Shown in pieces: positions 10,419 through 20,914 of a DNA stretch of 64,000 nucleotides; position 1 is the stretch's first letter; each line of letters starts with the position of its first letter. The notes below the pieces were generated by a model that saw only the letters and a program-made list of their open reading frames with translations, ran no database searches and was not told the origin of the DNA. This DNA is from Clostridiales bacterium UBA5448 (GTDB lineage: Bacteria > Bacillota > Clostridia > Oscillospirales > SIG627): the NCBI GenBank assembly GCA_002427425.1, contig DIRA01000014.1:363540-427539 (forward strand), in the 5' to 3' direction. The translations under genes were made by a program, and so were the position numbers.

Positions 10419-11597
10419 ATGAACTCCATGGAAAAGAGACTGGTTGGCACGGTTATCACCCCTTACCGTATGATAAAACAGGGTGAAGTTGCTTACGAAA
10501 ACGGTAAATTTACCTATGTAGGACCCTTCAGAAGCAACATACATGAAAAAACAGAAGATATGGGAGATGCGTATGTAGCTCCCGGTTTTATTGATATTCA
10601 CGTTCATGGCGGCGGCGGCAGAGATTTTGCGGAAGGTACCCCGGAAGCGATGCTGGTTGCTGCCAAATATCATGCCCAAAACGGTACGGCAGTGTTGCTT
10701 CCCACAGCATCCACTTCTCCTGACGCAGTTTATTTCAAGTTCTTTGAAGCCTATAAGCAAGCGGTGAAAGAAAATACCGAGGGAGCTGAAATGCCCGGCC
10801 TTCATATGGAAGGTCCCAACTTCGCTTTGGCACAGGTGGGCGCGCAGGATCCCCGCTATGTGATTCCTCCTCAAAAGGAATGGTATGAGAACATATACAG
10901 CAAGTGCAATGATATTCTCCGGTGGGATGTTGCAGCCGAACGGGATGAAAACATGGAATTCGGCCGCTGGCTCAATGACCGCGGTATTTTGGCATCCATC
11001 GGTCACTCCGATGCCACGTTGGAAGAAGCCATTCTGGCTTACGAAAGCGGATATACCCACTTGACCCACTTTTACAGCGGCATGAGCGCTTTGGTGAGAA
11101 GAAAATCTTATCGTTTCCCCGGTTTGATTGAAGCCGGTTATATGCACAATGATTTCACCGTTGAAATCATTGCCGACGGCAGCCATTTGCCTCCCTCTCT
11201 GTTGAAACACATTTACAAAGCAAAAGGCTCCGACAAGATTGCGCTCATTACCGATGCTTTGGCAGAAGCCGGTTTGCCCGAAGGAACCATTTCCCCCCCA
11301 GATGCGCCCCTCGACAGACAGCATATCATTGAAGACGGCGTCTGTAAGATGCTGGACAGACAGTGTTTCGCCGGCAGCATTGCCACCACCATCCGGTTGG
11401 TGAAAAATATGGTCAATGATGCCGACTGCGGCATTTTGGAGGCTGTCAAGATGATGACCGCCACCCCTGCTAAAATCATGGGCTTCAAGAAAAAGGGTAT
11501 CCTGATTCCTGACAATGATGCGGATATCACCGTGTTTTCCACAGAATTTGCGCCCTGCGCCACCATCGTAGGCGGCAACACTGTATTTTCAAAATAA
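10419..11597 (+). CDS. nagA: N-acetylglucosamine-6-phosphate deacetylase
   Basis: FIDIHVHGGGGRDF metal-binding motif, 392 aa, followed directly by nagB. Confidence 0.88.
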   Translation: MNSMEKRLVGTVITPYRMIKQGEVAYENGKFTYVGPFRSNIHEKTEDMGDAYVAPGFIDIHVHGGGGRDFAEGTPEAMLVAAKYHAQNGTAVLLPTASTSPDAVYFKFFEAYKQAVKENTEGAEMPGLHMEGPNFALAQVGAQDPRYVIPPQKEWYENIYSKCNDILRWDVAAERDENMEFGRWLNDRGILASIGHSDATLEEAILAYESGYTHLTHFYSGMSALVRRKSYRFPGLIEAGYMHNDFTVEIIADGSHLPPSLLKHIYKAKGSDKIALITDALAEAGLPEGTISPPDAPLDRQHIIEDGVCKMLDRQCFAGSIATTIRLVKNMVNDADCGILEAVKMMTATPAKIMGFKKKGILIPDNDADITVFSTEFAPCATIVGGNTVFSK

Positions 11598-11626
11598 AAA
11601 AATAATCACGATAAAGGAGTATTGCA

Positions 11627-12397
11627 ATGGCATTGGTAAAAGAATTTAAAAAAGATAAGATGACGGTTAAGGTTTTTGACACCCGAGATGCGATGGGTGC
11701 AGTGGCTGCTGCGGAATGTGCAGCCAAAATGAAGGAATTGCTGGCGAAAAAAGATCAGATCAGCATGATTTTTGCCGCCGCCCCTTCCCAGAACGAATTC
11801 CTGAAATCCTTGTACACCGATCCCGAGATTGATTTTACCCGTATCAATGCCTTCCATATGGATGAGTATGTGGGATTGCCCGCAGATGCTCCCCAGGGTT
11901 TCGGCAACTTTTTAAAGGAACGGATTTTCTCCAAAGCCCCTTTTAAATCCGTTCACTATCTCAACGGAATGGCTTCCGATATCCAGGCAGAATGTACCCG
12001 TTACTCTCAACTGTTGGCTGACAACCCCATTGACATTATTTGCATGGGCATCGGTGAAAACGGTCATATCGCTTTCAACGATCCCCACGTGGCTTTCTTT
12101 GACGATCCTTATGCGGTGAAAGTGGTGGAATTGGATGAAGTTTGCCGTCAGCAGCAGGTCAACGACGGTTGTTTCAAAACTATACAGGATGTTCCTACCC
12201 ATGCTATGACCCTGACCATACCCACCCTGTTCAGCGGTGACTTCTTGTTCTGTATGGTTCCCGCTCCCACAAAAGCCAATGCGGTTAAAGCCACCGTTTT
12301 AGGCGAAGTGGAAGAAAAATGCCCCGCTTCCATCCTCCGCCGTCATGGAAATGCCATTTTGTATGTGGACAGTGACAGCGGTAAATATGTTCTTTAA
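11627..12397 (+). CDS. nagB: Glucosamine-6-phosphate deaminase/isomerase
   Basis: MGIGENGHIAFNDP motif, 256 aa. Confidence 0.88.
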   Translation: MALVKEFKKDKMTVKVFDTRDAMGAVAAAECAAKMKELLAKKDQISMIFAAAPSQNEFLKSLYTDPEIDFTRINAFHMDEYVGLPADAPQGFGNFLKERIFSKAPFKSVHYLNGMASDIQAECTRYSQLLADNPIDIICMGIGENGHIAFNDPHVAFFDDPYAVKVVELDEVCRQQQVNDGCFKTIQDVPTHAMTLTIPTLFSGDFLFCMVPAPTKANAVKATVLGEVEEKCPASILRRHGNAILYVDSDSGKYVL

Positions 12398-12422
12398 GCA
12401 AAAGAATTAAGGTTGAAATACT

Positions 12423-13799
12423 ATGAACAACATTGAAAAATCCATGGATAAAATCGTTTCCCTTTGCAAGGGCCGCGGTTTTGTATACAGTGGCAGTGAA
12501 ATTTATGGCGGACTTGCCAACACCTGGGACTATGGTCCCATCGGTGTTGAATTGAAAAACAACGTGAAAAAAGCCTGGTGGAAAAAATTTGTCCAGGAAT
12601 CCCGATACAATATCGGATTGGACTGCGCTTTGTTGATGAACCCTCAGGTTTGGGTGGCTTCCGGTCACGTGGGCGGATTTTCCGATCCCTTGATGGATTG
12701 CCGTGCCTGTAAAACCCGTCACAGAGCGGACAAACTCATCGAAGACGCTTCCGGCGAGAACACCGGCGGCTGGTCCAATGATCAATTGGCTGCCTATATC
12801 AAGGAAAAAGGTATAGTTTGTCCCCATTGCGGCGCAAAAGATTTTACTGAAATCCGTAAATTTAACTTGATGTTCAAAACATTTCAGGGCGTGACCGAAG
12901 ACGCAAAAAATGAAATATATCTGCGTCCCGAAACCGCCCAAGGTATTTTTGTGAATTTCAAGAACGTTGCCCGAACCACCCGCAAAAAACTACCCTTTGG
13001 TATTTGTCAGACAGGTAAATCCTTCCGCAATGAAATCACGCCCGGAAACTTCATTTTTCGGACGCGTGAATTTGAGCAGATGGAGTTGGAGTTTTTCTGC
13101 AAACCCGGCACGGATTTAGAATGGTTTTTATACTGGAAAGAGTACTGTGCCGCCTTCTTGTATTCTCTGGGCATGAAGAAAGAAAACCTCAAGCTCCGTG
13201 ATCACGGCGCGGAAGAATTGTCCTTCTATTCCAATGCTACCACCGACTTTGAATATCTTTTCCCCTTCGGCTGGGGCGAGTTGTGGGGCATTGCGGACAG
13301 AACCGACTATGATTTGAAACAACACATCAAGCACAGCGGTGAAAATTTAGAATATTTTGATCCCGAGACCAACGAGCATTATGTTCCCTACGTCATCGAA
13401 CCTTCTTTGGGTGTGGATCGTGCTGTTCTAGCGTTCCTGGTAGAGGCCTATGATGAAGAAACCGTGGGCGAAGGGGATACACGCACTGTTCTTCACTTCC
13501 ATCCGTTCCTGGCACCTTACAAGGCAGCGGTTCTGCCGTTGTCCAAGAAGCTGTCCGAAAAAGCCAGTCAATTGTACGATGCACTGAGAAAGAGTTGTAT
13601 GGTCGACTTCGACGATACGGGTTCTATCGGCAAACGTTATCGCCGTCAGGACGAAATCGGTACTCCTTTCTGCATTACATACGACTTTGAGAGCGAGATC
13701 GACGGTGCCGTCACCATTCGTGACCGCGATACCATGGAACAGATTCGCCTGCCCATCAATCAAGTTGTTTCGTATATAGAAGAGAGATGCAAATTTTAA
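12423..13799 (+). CDS. glyQS: Glycine--tRNA ligase (homodimeric class II type)
   Basis: 458 aa. N-terminus [30 protein letters not shown], class II motifs ([21 protein letters not shown]), C-terminal anticodon-binding domain. Confidence 0.93.
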   Translation: MNNIEKSMDKIVSLCKGRGFVYSGSEIYGGLANTWDYGPIGVELKNNVKKAWWKKFVQESRYNIGLDCALLMNPQVWVASGHVGGFSDPLMDCRACKTRHRADKLIEDASGENTGGWSNDQLAAYIKEKGIVCPHCGAKDFTEIRKFNLMFKTFQGVTEDAKNEIYLRPETAQGIFVNFKNVARTTRKKLPFGICQTGKSFRNEITPGNFIFRTREFEQMELEFFCKPGTDLEWFLYWKEYCAAFLYSLGMKKENLKLRDHGAEELSFYSNATTDFEYLFPFGWGELWGIADRTDYDLKQHIKHSGENLEYFDPETNEHYVPYVIEPSLGVDRAVLAFLVEAYDEETVGEGDTRTVLHFHPFLAPYKAAVLPLSKKLSEKASQLYDALRKSCMVDFDDTGSIGKRYRRQDEIGTPFCITYDFESEIDGAVTIRDRDTMEQIRLPINQVVSYIEERCKF

Positions 13800-13824
13800 A
13801 GTATCGGACAAAAATAGCTAAGGA

Positions 13825-14967
13825 GTGACCAAATTGATAAGCTGCGAATCTATTTTTACCCATCAGGAACGTGTAGCACCCCTTCAAATCATTGCATTAA
13901 ACGGTGCTGAGAAATTGGCGGCTAAAATTGATAAGCATCTGGTTGGCTGGGCAAAAAACGCGGGATTGAACCATGATACTTTTCTGACCCCGGTTAAATG
14001 TCCCCGTTTCCAATCCGGCGATGCGAAAGGCATGATCCTTTCCAGTGTCCGGGGCGGCGATTTGTTTATCCTGGTGGATGTTGGAAACTACAGCTGTACC
14101 TACAATTTATTTGGCTATGAAAATCATATGTCTGCCGATGATCATTTTCAGGATTTGAAGAGAATCATCCAAGCTGCGGGCGGCAAGGCTGACCGCATCA
14201 ATGTCATTATGCCTTTGCTGTACGGCGGTCGTCAACATCGCCGCAGCTATAGAGAATCCTTAGACTGTGCCTGTGCATTGCAGGAACTTCAGAGTATGGG
14301 TGTATCCAACATTGTGACCTTCGATGCCCATGATTCGAGGGTGCAGAATGCGGTGCCTTTGATGGGGTTTGACAATGTGATGCCCTACTATCAGGTGCTG
14401 AAAGCATTGTTCAACAATTTTCCCGACTTAAAACCCGATCGGGATCATCTGACCATTGTATCTCCCGACGAAGGCGCCATCAACCGCAACATGTATTATG
14501 CGGAAGCATTGGGCGTCTCCTTGGGGATGTTCTACAAACGCCGTGACTATTCGGTGGTTGTCAACGGTCGAAATCCCATCGTAGCCCATGAATTTCTGGG
14601 AAATGAAGTGGAAGGTCTGGATGTGTTCATTGCGGATGATATCATTTCTTCTGGTGAATCCATGCTGGATATTGCCACAGAATTAAAAAAACGCAAAGCA
14701 GGCAGAATTTTTGCCTATGCCACTTACCCCACCTTCACCAACGGGCTTGCAGCCTTTGACAAGGCCTATGAAGATGGTCTGATTACAGCCGTTTTCGGCA
14801 CCAACCTGACGTATCGCACGGAAGAGCTGAAAAGCCGTTCCTGGTTCTACGAAGTGGACGTTGCCAAGTACATCGCCTACTTTGTCGCTTCCATGAATCA
14901 TGATATTTCCATTGCGAACATCATCGATCCCCATGAGAAAATCAAAGCATTGCTGGCAAACCGATAA
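13825..14967 (+). CDS. prs: Ribose-phosphate pyrophosphokinase family protein (long form)
   Basis: GTG start after AAGGAG. PRPP-binding loop VFIADDIISSGESMLD. 380 aa. Confidence 0.75.
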   Translation: MTKLISCESIFTHQERVAPLQIIALNGAEKLAAKIDKHLVGWAKNAGLNHDTFLTPVKCPRFQSGDAKGMILSSVRGGDLFILVDVGNYSCTYNLFGYENHMSADDHFQDLKRIIQAAGGKADRINVIMPLLYGGRQHRRSYRESLDCACALQELQSMGVSNIVTFDAHDSRVQNAVPLMGFDNVMPYYQVLKALFNNFPDLKPDRDHLTIVSPDEGAINRNMYYAEALGVSLGMFYKRRDYSVVVNGRNPIVAHEFLGNEVEGLDVFIADDIISSGESMLDIATELKKRKAGRIFAYATYPTFTNGLAAFDKAYEDGLITAVFGTNLTYRTEELKSRSWFYEVDVAKYIAYFVASMNHDISIANIIDPHEKIKALLANR

Positions 14968-14974
14968 AAAGTAT

Positions 14975-15000
14975 ACGGCAGACACCGCGGTGTCTGCCGT
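14975..15000. terminator. Bidirectional terminator between convergent prs and rubrerythrin genes
   Basis: ACGGCAGACAC-CGCG-GTGTCTGCCGT, an 11-bp perfect stem followed by ATTCATTTTT. Confidence 0.8.
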
Positions 15001-15031
15001 ATTCATTTTTGGCTGATTATTGTATGACAAA

Positions 15032-15571
15032 TTAATAATTCTCGGCTTTGATTTCAAAGTAAGAAAGGGGATGGGAGCAAACGGGGCACATGGCGGGCGC
15101 CTTGGTTCCCACATGAATGTGACCGCAATTATAGCATTTCCAAACCTGTTCGCTGCTTCGTTCAAATACCAGTTTGTTTTCCACGTTGGTTAAAAGTGTA
15201 CGATACCGTTCCTCGTGTTCTTTTTCTATTTTCCCCACAGCTCTGAATAAAGCGGCGATGTGATTAAATCCTTCTTCAGCGGCCTCTTTTGCAAAAGCGG
15301 CGTACATATCTGTCCATTCGTACTTTTCGCCTTCGGCAGCGTCGAGCAGATTAGCTGCGGTATCGGGAATGGAACCGCCATGGAGCAATTTGAACCAGAT
15401 TTTTGCATGCTCTTTTTCATTGTTGGCGGTTTCTTCAAAAAGGTTGGAAATTTGAACATACCCTTCTTTTTTAGCTTGAGAAGCATAATAGGTATATTTC
15501 GTTCTTGCTTGGGATTCTCCGGCAAAAGCTGCCATCAAATTGGCTTCTGTTTTGGTTCCTTTCAAATTCAT
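15032..15571 (-). CDS. rbr: Rubrerythrin
   Basis: 179 aa with ferritin-like diiron E..EE..H motifs ([12 protein letters not shown]; EKEHAKIW) and a C-terminal rubredoxin-like CxxC...CPVC. Confidence 0.92.
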   Translation of the reverse strand: MNLKGTKTEANLMAAFAGESQARTKYTYYASQAKKEGYVQISNLFEETANNEKEHAKIWFKLLHGGSIPDTAANLLDAAEGEKYEWTDMYAAFAKEAAEEGFNHIAALFRAVGKIEKEHEERYRTLLTNVENKLVFERSSEQVWKCYNCGHIHVGTKAPAMCPVCSHPLSYFEIKAENY

Positions 15572-15823
15572 ACGTTCATCTCCTTAATAGTATTGATATC
15601 GGCATGAGCATTGATCCGAAAATGAGGAAGCACCTGTATGCTTACGGGGATAATGCAATCATGGTTTCCGCGTTCCTCCTACCTTGATTATGATTCAAGT
15701 ATACAGGAAATGAGATTTCCTGTCAATATAAAAGGTAAAAAATAGAATCGCAAAAGGTAACGAGATAGAATTGCAATTGCGTGGTAGTATGAAATGGCAC
15801 TTGCTTGTTATTACCCAAACGCC

Positions 15824-15852
15824 TTGACAAACCATGTAATCTTTCATATAAT
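15824..15852 (+). promoter_or_regulatory. Sigma-A type promoter for the Ldh_2/malic enzyme genes
   Basis: TTGACA (15824-15829), 17-nt spacer, TATAAT (15847-15852). Confidence 0.6.
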
Positions 15853-15924
15853 GTTTCAAGCAAAGGAAAGGGGTATGCGAAGGATTGCATATTCTCTTTT
15901 TCCTATTCAGCAAGGAGGGTGTAT

Positions 15925-17037
15925 ATGGGAAAAACGCATATTGTGGATTGGAAGACGATCACGGCGTTTGTGACGGATGTTTTTTGCGAATATGGTGTTC
16001 CCCGGGAAGATGCCATCATTTGTGCGGATGTTTTACTGGAATCTGATAAGCGGGGCATCGAATCTCACGGGGTCAACCGTTTCAAACCCATTTATCTGGA
16101 TCGAATCAAAGCCGGTATCCAGAATCCGGTGACCCATTTTGAAGTGATCCGTGAAACAGCCACCACTGCCGTGGCGGACGGTCATGATGGCATGGGACAA
16201 GTCATCGGATACAAAGCCATGCATATGGCCATCGAAAAAGCCAAAATATACGGCATGGGTATGGTGGCGGTGAGAAATTCCTGCCATTACGGCATTGCGG
16301 GATATTATGCTACCATGGCGACTCAAGCCGGGTGCATCGGCATCACGGGAACCAATGCGCGCCCCTCCATCGCCCCGACTTTCGGAGTGGAAAATATGTT
16401 GGGAACCAATCCTCTCACCGTGGGTTTGCCCACCGATGAAGAATTTCCCTTTGTTCTGGATTGCGCAACCTCTATCACCCAGAGAGGAAAAATTGAGTAT
16501 TTTGCCAGAATGGATGAAGACACGCCTGCCGGCATGGTCATCGGGCGAGACGGTTCGACTCTGACGGATTCCAAAGCCATTTTGTCTGATTTGACAACCG
16601 GAAAAGCAGCCCTGGCACCGTTGGGTGGTATCGGAGAAGAATTGGCGGGATATAAGGGATACGGATATGCTACTGTGGTGGAGATTTTATCTGCTGCCCT
16701 CCAACAGGGACAATTTTTACGGGCATTGAATGGAATCGGTTTCCAGGGTGAAAAAGTGCCTTATCATTTGGGTCATTTCTTCATCGCCATTGACACCGAA
16801 GCTTTTATGGGATTGGAAGCCTTTCAAAAGACGGCGGGGGATATTTTGCGGGATTTGCGATCCAGTGAAAAAGCACCCGGATATGACCGTATTTATACGG
16901 CGGGCGAAAAAGAATATAGGGTTTGGATGGAACGGAAAGACAGCGGTGTTCCCGTCAATGCTGCCGTTCAAACAGAATTGATCGCTGTTCGGGATGAATT
17001 GGGCTTGACACAGTATCATTTCCCTTTTGAGGAGTAA
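15925..17037 (+). CDS. Ldh_2 family oxidoreductase (malate / L-lactate / sulfolactate dehydrogenase-like)
   Basis: The start was moved to the ATG at 15925, behind AAGGAGGG. ESHGVNRF and HYGIAGYY motifs are typical of family-2 malate/L-lactate dehydrogenases. Confidence 0.8.
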   Translation: MGKTHIVDWKTITAFVTDVFCEYGVPREDAIICADVLLESDKRGIESHGVNRFKPIYLDRIKAGIQNPVTHFEVIRETATTAVADGHDGMGQVIGYKAMHMAIEKAKIYGMGMVAVRNSCHYGIAGYYATMATQAGCIGITGTNARPSIAPTFGVENMLGTNPLTVGLPTDEEFPFVLDCATSITQRGKIEYFARMDEDTPAGMVIGRDGSTLTDSKAILSDLTTGKAALAPLGGIGEELAGYKGYGYATVVEILSAALQQGQFLRALNGIGFQGEKVPYHLGHFFIAIDTEAFMGLEAFQKTAGDILRDLRSSEKAPGYDRIYTAGEKEYRVWMERKDSGVPVNAAVQTELIAVRDELGLTQYHFPFEE

Positions 17038-17039
17038 CC

Positions 17040-18212
17040 ATGGATTATAAACAAGAATCATTGCACAGACACTATGAATGGGGCGGGAAAATCGAAGTGA
17101 CTTCCCGTATTCCCGTACGGGATGAAACCGATTTGTCCCTGGCTTATACGCCGGGTGTGGCGGAGCCCTGCCTCGCCATCCAGCAAGACCCGACTCTTTC
17201 CTTTTCACTGACTCGCCGTCATAATCTGGTCGCCGTGGTCACCGACGGAACGGCTGTGCTGGGGCTGGGAGATATTGGTCCCGAAGCCGGTATGCCGGTG
17301 ATGGAAGGAAAATGTTTGCTGTTCAAAGAATTTGCTGGGGTGGATGCGTTTCCGCTCTGCATCCGCAGTCACGATGTGGAGGAAATCGTCAGAACCATTT
17401 CCTTGCTTGCAGGGAGTTTTGGCGGCATCAATCTGGAGGACATTGCTGCACCAAAATGTTTTGAAATTGAAAAAAGACTCAAAGAAGTATGTGATATTCC
17501 CGTGTTTCACGATGATCAGCACGGAACCGCCATTGTGGTAGGCGCCGCATTGCTCAACGCGGTGAAGGTGGTGGGAAAAGAGATGGCATCGGTATCCTGT
17601 GTCATCAACGGAGCGGGAGCCGCCGGCATTTCCATTGCCCGCCATTTGATGAACATGGGTGTGAAACGGCTTATTCTGTGTGATCGCTTTGGGGTCATCT
17701 GCGAAGGTATGTCCGAATTGAATCCGACACAGGCGGAAATGAGCCGAATTACCAACCGCGGTAAGATACGAGGAACGCTGGCCGATGCCTTGAAAAGCGC
17801 CGATGTTTTCATCGGTGTATCCGCCCCCGGTTGTTTGACGCAAGAGATGATAAAAACCATGGGGAAAGACGCCATTGTCTTTGCCATGGCGAATCCTACC
17901 CCAGAGATCATGCCCGAACTTGCCAAACAAGCCGGCGCTGCCGTGGTGGGAACGGGAAGAAGCGATTTTCCAAACCAGATTAACAATCTGCTGGCATTTC
18001 CCGGTATTTTCCGGGGCGCGCTGGATTGCCGCGCCAAGGATATCAACGAAGCCATGAAACTGGCGGCATCCAAAGCCATTGCTTCCTGCGTGGAAGAAGA
18101 TCGGTTGGCTGCGGACTATATCATTCCCAGTCCTTTGGATCGGTCGGTGGCGGCAAAAGTGGCCGAAGCTGTACAACAGGCAGCCCGGGAATCCGGGCTG
18201 GCAAGAATGTAA
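17040..18212 (+). CDS. NAD(P)-dependent malic enzyme (short, non-PTA-fused form)
   Basis: [48 protein letters not shown] Rossmann motif. 390 aa. Confidence 0.9.
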   Translation: MDYKQESLHRHYEWGGKIEVTSRIPVRDETDLSLAYTPGVAEPCLAIQQDPTLSFSLTRRHNLVAVVTDGTAVLGLGDIGPEAGMPVMEGKCLLFKEFAGVDAFPLCIRSHDVEEIVRTISLLAGSFGGINLEDIAAPKCFEIEKRLKEVCDIPVFHDDQHGTAIVVGAALLNAVKVVGKEMASVSCVINGAGAAGISIARHLMNMGVKRLILCDRFGVICEGMSELNPTQAEMSRITNRGKIRGTLADALKSADVFIGVSAPGCLTQEMIKTMGKDAIVFAMANPTPEIMPELAKQAGAAVVGTGRSDFPNQINNLLAFPGIFRGALDCRAKDINEAMKLAASKAIASCVEEDRLAADYIIPSPLDRSVAAKVAEAVQQAARESGLARM

Positions 18213-18248
18213 CCGTTTGCCGCAAAAACAAAGAAAGCAGGATTCAAT

Positions 18249-19067
18249 ATGAAAATATCTATCTTTTTCTCTTTTTTGCAAAAAATGGCGTCGGAAGAAA
18301 ACATTTCTTTGGACGAAGCACTGGCCTATGCCAACAAACAGGGGATTACCGGTGTGCAGATGGGTCACGGAGAAGTCATGAGTCGGGAGGCTGCAACCTA
18401 CGAAGCCGCGTTGAAAAAAACGGGAATTTCCATCATGTGTATTCACTGCGGCGCTCGTTTTGGAAGTGAAGATCAGGCTTTATTTCAGTCATCCCTGGAG
18501 TATGTAAAAGCTGTCTGTGACAAAGCCATAGAACTGGATGCGGAATTTATCATGATTTTGCCGGTGGCTTTGGAGGATGTCAACGGGGAAAGCGACCGTC
18601 AGCGTGCCCTTCTTCGTTCTATAGAAGGGTTGAAGATAGTGGCGGCGTACATACAGGATAAACCTTTGACAATGGTCATTGAAAATATCTCCCGCTATAT
18701 TTTGCCGTATTCTACCAAAGGGGATCTCAAAACCTTGGTAGAACAGGTGCCGGGATTGACACTGGCTCTGGATATGGGGAATTTTCGCTGGGCCTGCGAA
18801 GACCCTTTGGAAGCGTATGACCATTTGTCCCGGTGGTATACTTTGGTCCATGCAAAAGATATGGGCCCCACGGCAGAAAGCAACTTGAAAACAAGACGCG
18901 GCGAATGCATGATCAATGTGCCCTTCGGGCAGGGGGAAGTGCCTGTGTCTACCCTGATGGAACGGTTGAAAGAAGACGGGTATCGGGGATGGTATGTCAT
19001 TGAATACAGCGAAGACAGAGTAAAAACCATCATACCTGAGGCAATCAAGTACTTGCGTCAATTTTAA
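18249..19067 (+). CDS. Sugar phosphate isomerase/epimerase (xylose isomerase-like TIM barrel)
   Basis: 272 aa with the alternating pattern of the AP-endonuclease-2/TIM family (VIENI...; HAKD; IEY). Confidence 0.6.
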   Translation: MKISIFFSFLQKMASEENISLDEALAYANKQGITGVQMGHGEVMSREAATYEAALKKTGISIMCIHCGARFGSEDQALFQSSLEYVKAVCDKAIELDAEFIMILPVALEDVNGESDRQRALLRSIEGLKIVAAYIQDKPLTMVIENISRYILPYSTKGDLKTLVEQVPGLTLALDMGNFRWACEDPLEAYDHLSRWYTLVHAKDMGPTAESNLKTRRGECMINVPFGQGEVPVSTLMERLKEDGYRGWYVIEYSEDRVKTIIPEAIKYLRQF

Positions 19068-19071
19068 ATGA

Positions 19072-19097
19072 AACGCACCCAATCGGGTGCGTTTTTT
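19072..19097. terminator. Terminator shared by convergent genes
   Basis: AACGCACCC-AATC-GGGTGCGTT followed by TTTT. It overlaps the stop of the minus-strand small gene. Confidence 0.75.
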
Positions 19098-19284
19098 ACA
19101 TCGTAATCAGTGAATTGACATAGTCACGCATTTCTGCTTTGGAATTCACTTTTTTGGTGTTGTCAATGACTTTTTTTTGTTCTTCGGGGGAGAGGGCGGT
19201 AAAACACATCAAGGCTTTTGTGTTTTGTGCCAACGCCAATCCGAACCCCAGAGGTAGTTCCTCGTTCAGGAGATTGTTTGACAT
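19096..19284 (-). CDS. Small conserved hypothetical protein (62 aa)
   Basis: MSNNLLNEELPLGFGLALAQNTKALMCFTALSPEEQKKVIDNTKKVNSKAEMRDYVNSLITM. A GAGGTGAGGA RBS precedes this ATG, whereas the longer ORF start at 19302 has none. Confidence 0.55.
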   Translation of the reverse strand: MSNNLLNEELPLGFGLALAQNTKALMCFTALSPEEQKKVIDNTKKVNSKAEMRDYVNSLITM

Positions 19285-19357
19285 GTTCCTCACCTCGATC
19301 ATAGTATTTCCCGCTTGTATCTTTTTTACGCATTTTACTAAAATCCATAAAAATCAA

Positions 19358-19386
19358 TTGACAATATTACGAACTTTGGTTACAAT
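19358..19386 (+). promoter_or_regulatory. dinB promoter with an embedded LexA (Cheo/SOS) box-like site
   Basis: TTGACA (19358-19363), 17 nt, TACAAT (19381-19386). CGAACTTTGGTTAC at 19370-19383 resembles the Gram-positive GAAC-N4-GTTC box, with an imperfect right arm (GTTA). Confidence 0.45.
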
Positions 19387-19420
19387 AAGGGTGAAACGCT
19401 ACGAAAAGGGGATATAAGCA

Positions 19421-20665
19421 GTGGAGAGAGTCATACTACACAGCGACTTAAATAATTTTTATGCGTCGGTAGAATGTTTACACAATCCGTCTTTGCAGAA
19501 CCGACCTGTGGTTGTTGCGGGAAATCCCGCTTTCCGCCATGGCATTGTGTTGGCAAAAAACGAATGGGCAAAAAAGTATGGGGTCAGTACGGGAGAACCC
19601 TTGTGGTCCGCCCGGCAAAAATGTCCCGATATTGTATGCATAGAACCCCGGCATCCTGTATACAAAGAATATTCCCGTATGGCCAAAGAGCTTTACGGAG
19701 AGTATACAGACCGTGTAGAGCCATATGGTCCCGATGAATGTTGGCTGGATGTCACGGGATGTATCCGTTTATTCGGCGATGGCAAATGTATAGCCGATGA
19801 AATTCGAGCCCGTATGAAAAAAGAGATTGGTCTGAGTGTTTCCGTGGGGGTGAGTTTCAATAAAGTGTTTGCCAAACTGGGCAGCGACATGAAAAAGCCC
19901 GACGGCACCACGGTGATTACCAAAGAGGAGTATCCCTGTATAATCTGGCCTTTGAGCGTGGACAAGCTGTTGTATGTGGGAAATGCCTCCAAAGAAAAAT
20001 TGAAGCGGTACGGTCTATACACCGTGGGGGATATCGCCACCGCATCTCCGGAGGTTTTAGGCGGGATTTTGGGAAAAAACGGTATTACCCTTTGGAAGTT
20101 CGCCAATGGGTTGGACACTTCCCCCGTCAGTGTATATGGAGAGAAAAATCTCATTCAATCGGTGGGGAACAGTACCACCACCGTTCGGGATCTGGTAACC
20201 GATGAGGATGTGAAAACTGTTTTGCTTGTTTTGTGCCAAATGGTTTCCGCCCGCTTACGTTCCTACGGGCTTCTCTGCAAAACGGTACAGCTAAGCATGC
20301 GGGATAAAAATTTGCTTTGCTACCAACGGCAGGATAAGCTCATCCGCCCTAATCGAACTGTCCATGCGCTGTTTGAAACCGGCTTTTCTTTGTATCAGAA
20401 ACATCACATAGCGGGGATACCTTTGCGGAGCATCGGTGTCCGTGCCTGTGATTTGGTGGACGGGGAGTATGAGCAGTTGTCTTTGTTGGAAGAGGTGGCA
20501 ACCTTGCAGAAAAAAGAAACCCTGGATGCCGTTGCCGATAAAATTCGCACAAAATTCGGGAAACATGCTTTGCTGCTGGGACGGGTATTGGCGGGCGGTG
20601 GATGGGGAAAGTTAAATCTGGAAGATATGACGGATATACCGGGAGGTCATTGTTTGGGGGGATAA
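19421..20665 (+). CDS. dinB: Y-family DNA polymerase IV
   Basis: GTG start. ILHSDLNNFYASVE, GPDECWLDVTG and SVGVSFNKVFAKLGSD motifs. 414 aa. Confidence 0.9.
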   Translation: MERVILHSDLNNFYASVECLHNPSLQNRPVVVAGNPAFRHGIVLAKNEWAKKYGVSTGEPLWSARQKCPDIVCIEPRHPVYKEYSRMAKELYGEYTDRVEPYGPDECWLDVTGCIRLFGDGKCIADEIRARMKKEIGLSVSVGVSFNKVFAKLGSDMKKPDGTTVITKEEYPCIIWPLSVDKLLYVGNASKEKLKRYGLYTVGDIATASPEVLGGILGKNGITLWKFANGLDTSPVSVYGEKNLIQSVGNSTTTVRDLVTDEDVKTVLLVLCQMVSARLRSYGLLCKTVQLSMRDKNLLCYQRQDKLIRPNRTVHALFETGFSLYQKHHIAGIPLRSIGVRACDLVDGEYEQLSLLEEVATLQKKETLDAVADKIRTKFGKHALLLGRVLAGGGWGKLNLEDMTDIPGGHCLGG

Positions 20666-20667
20666 CC

Positions 20668-20859
20668 ATGTACTATAATTATCACGGGCAAGCTAAAAAA
20701 AGAATCCGCGAAGGTAAATTGATTGAATTTTATTTTACTTCCGACTATAAAGGCATTCGTCCCGCGTTGGTATTGGTATTCCCGGATAAAGTGATGCCCA
20801 TACGGCAGTACCGCTGGGAAGAATATTTTCCTTTGCTTGAAACGCAGGAAAAAGCGTGA
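20668..20859 (+). CDS. Small hypothetical protein (63 aa) immediately downstream of dinB
   Basis: The ATG lies 3 nt after the dinB stop. MYYNYHGQAKKRIREGKLIEFYF... No motif was recognised. Confidence 0.45.
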   Translation: MYYNYHGQAKKRIREGKLIEFYFTSDYKGIRPALVLVFPDKVMPIRQYRWEEYFPLLETQEKA

Positions 20860-20914
20860 TATAATAGGCTCGGTTTTGAGCCTATAAATGGATGATCTGA
20901 AGGGAGCGGACACG

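Noticed and set aside
10398-11324. 308-aa minus-strand ORF
   Set aside because: It lies antisense to nagA. The composition is shadow-like and there is no RBS.
12398-12422. A T-box upstream of glyQS
   Set aside because: The gap to nagB is only 25 nt, so glyQS appears simply co-transcribed with nagAB.
15572-15924. A 350-nt intergenic region as a possible ncRNA or PerR-controlled rubrerythrin promoter
   Set aside because: Only short inverted repeats were found (CAGGAAAT-GAG-ATTTCCTG at 15704-15722 and CTTGA-N7-TCAAG). There was no match to a PerR/Fur box that I could defend and no convincing structured-RNA signature.
17205-18446. 413-aa minus-strand ORF
   Set aside because: It lies antisense to the malic-enzyme gene, which has unambiguous motifs on the plus strand. 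The product is low-complexity (Gly/His/Arg/Phe-rich) and there is no RBS. This is a typical shadow ORF.
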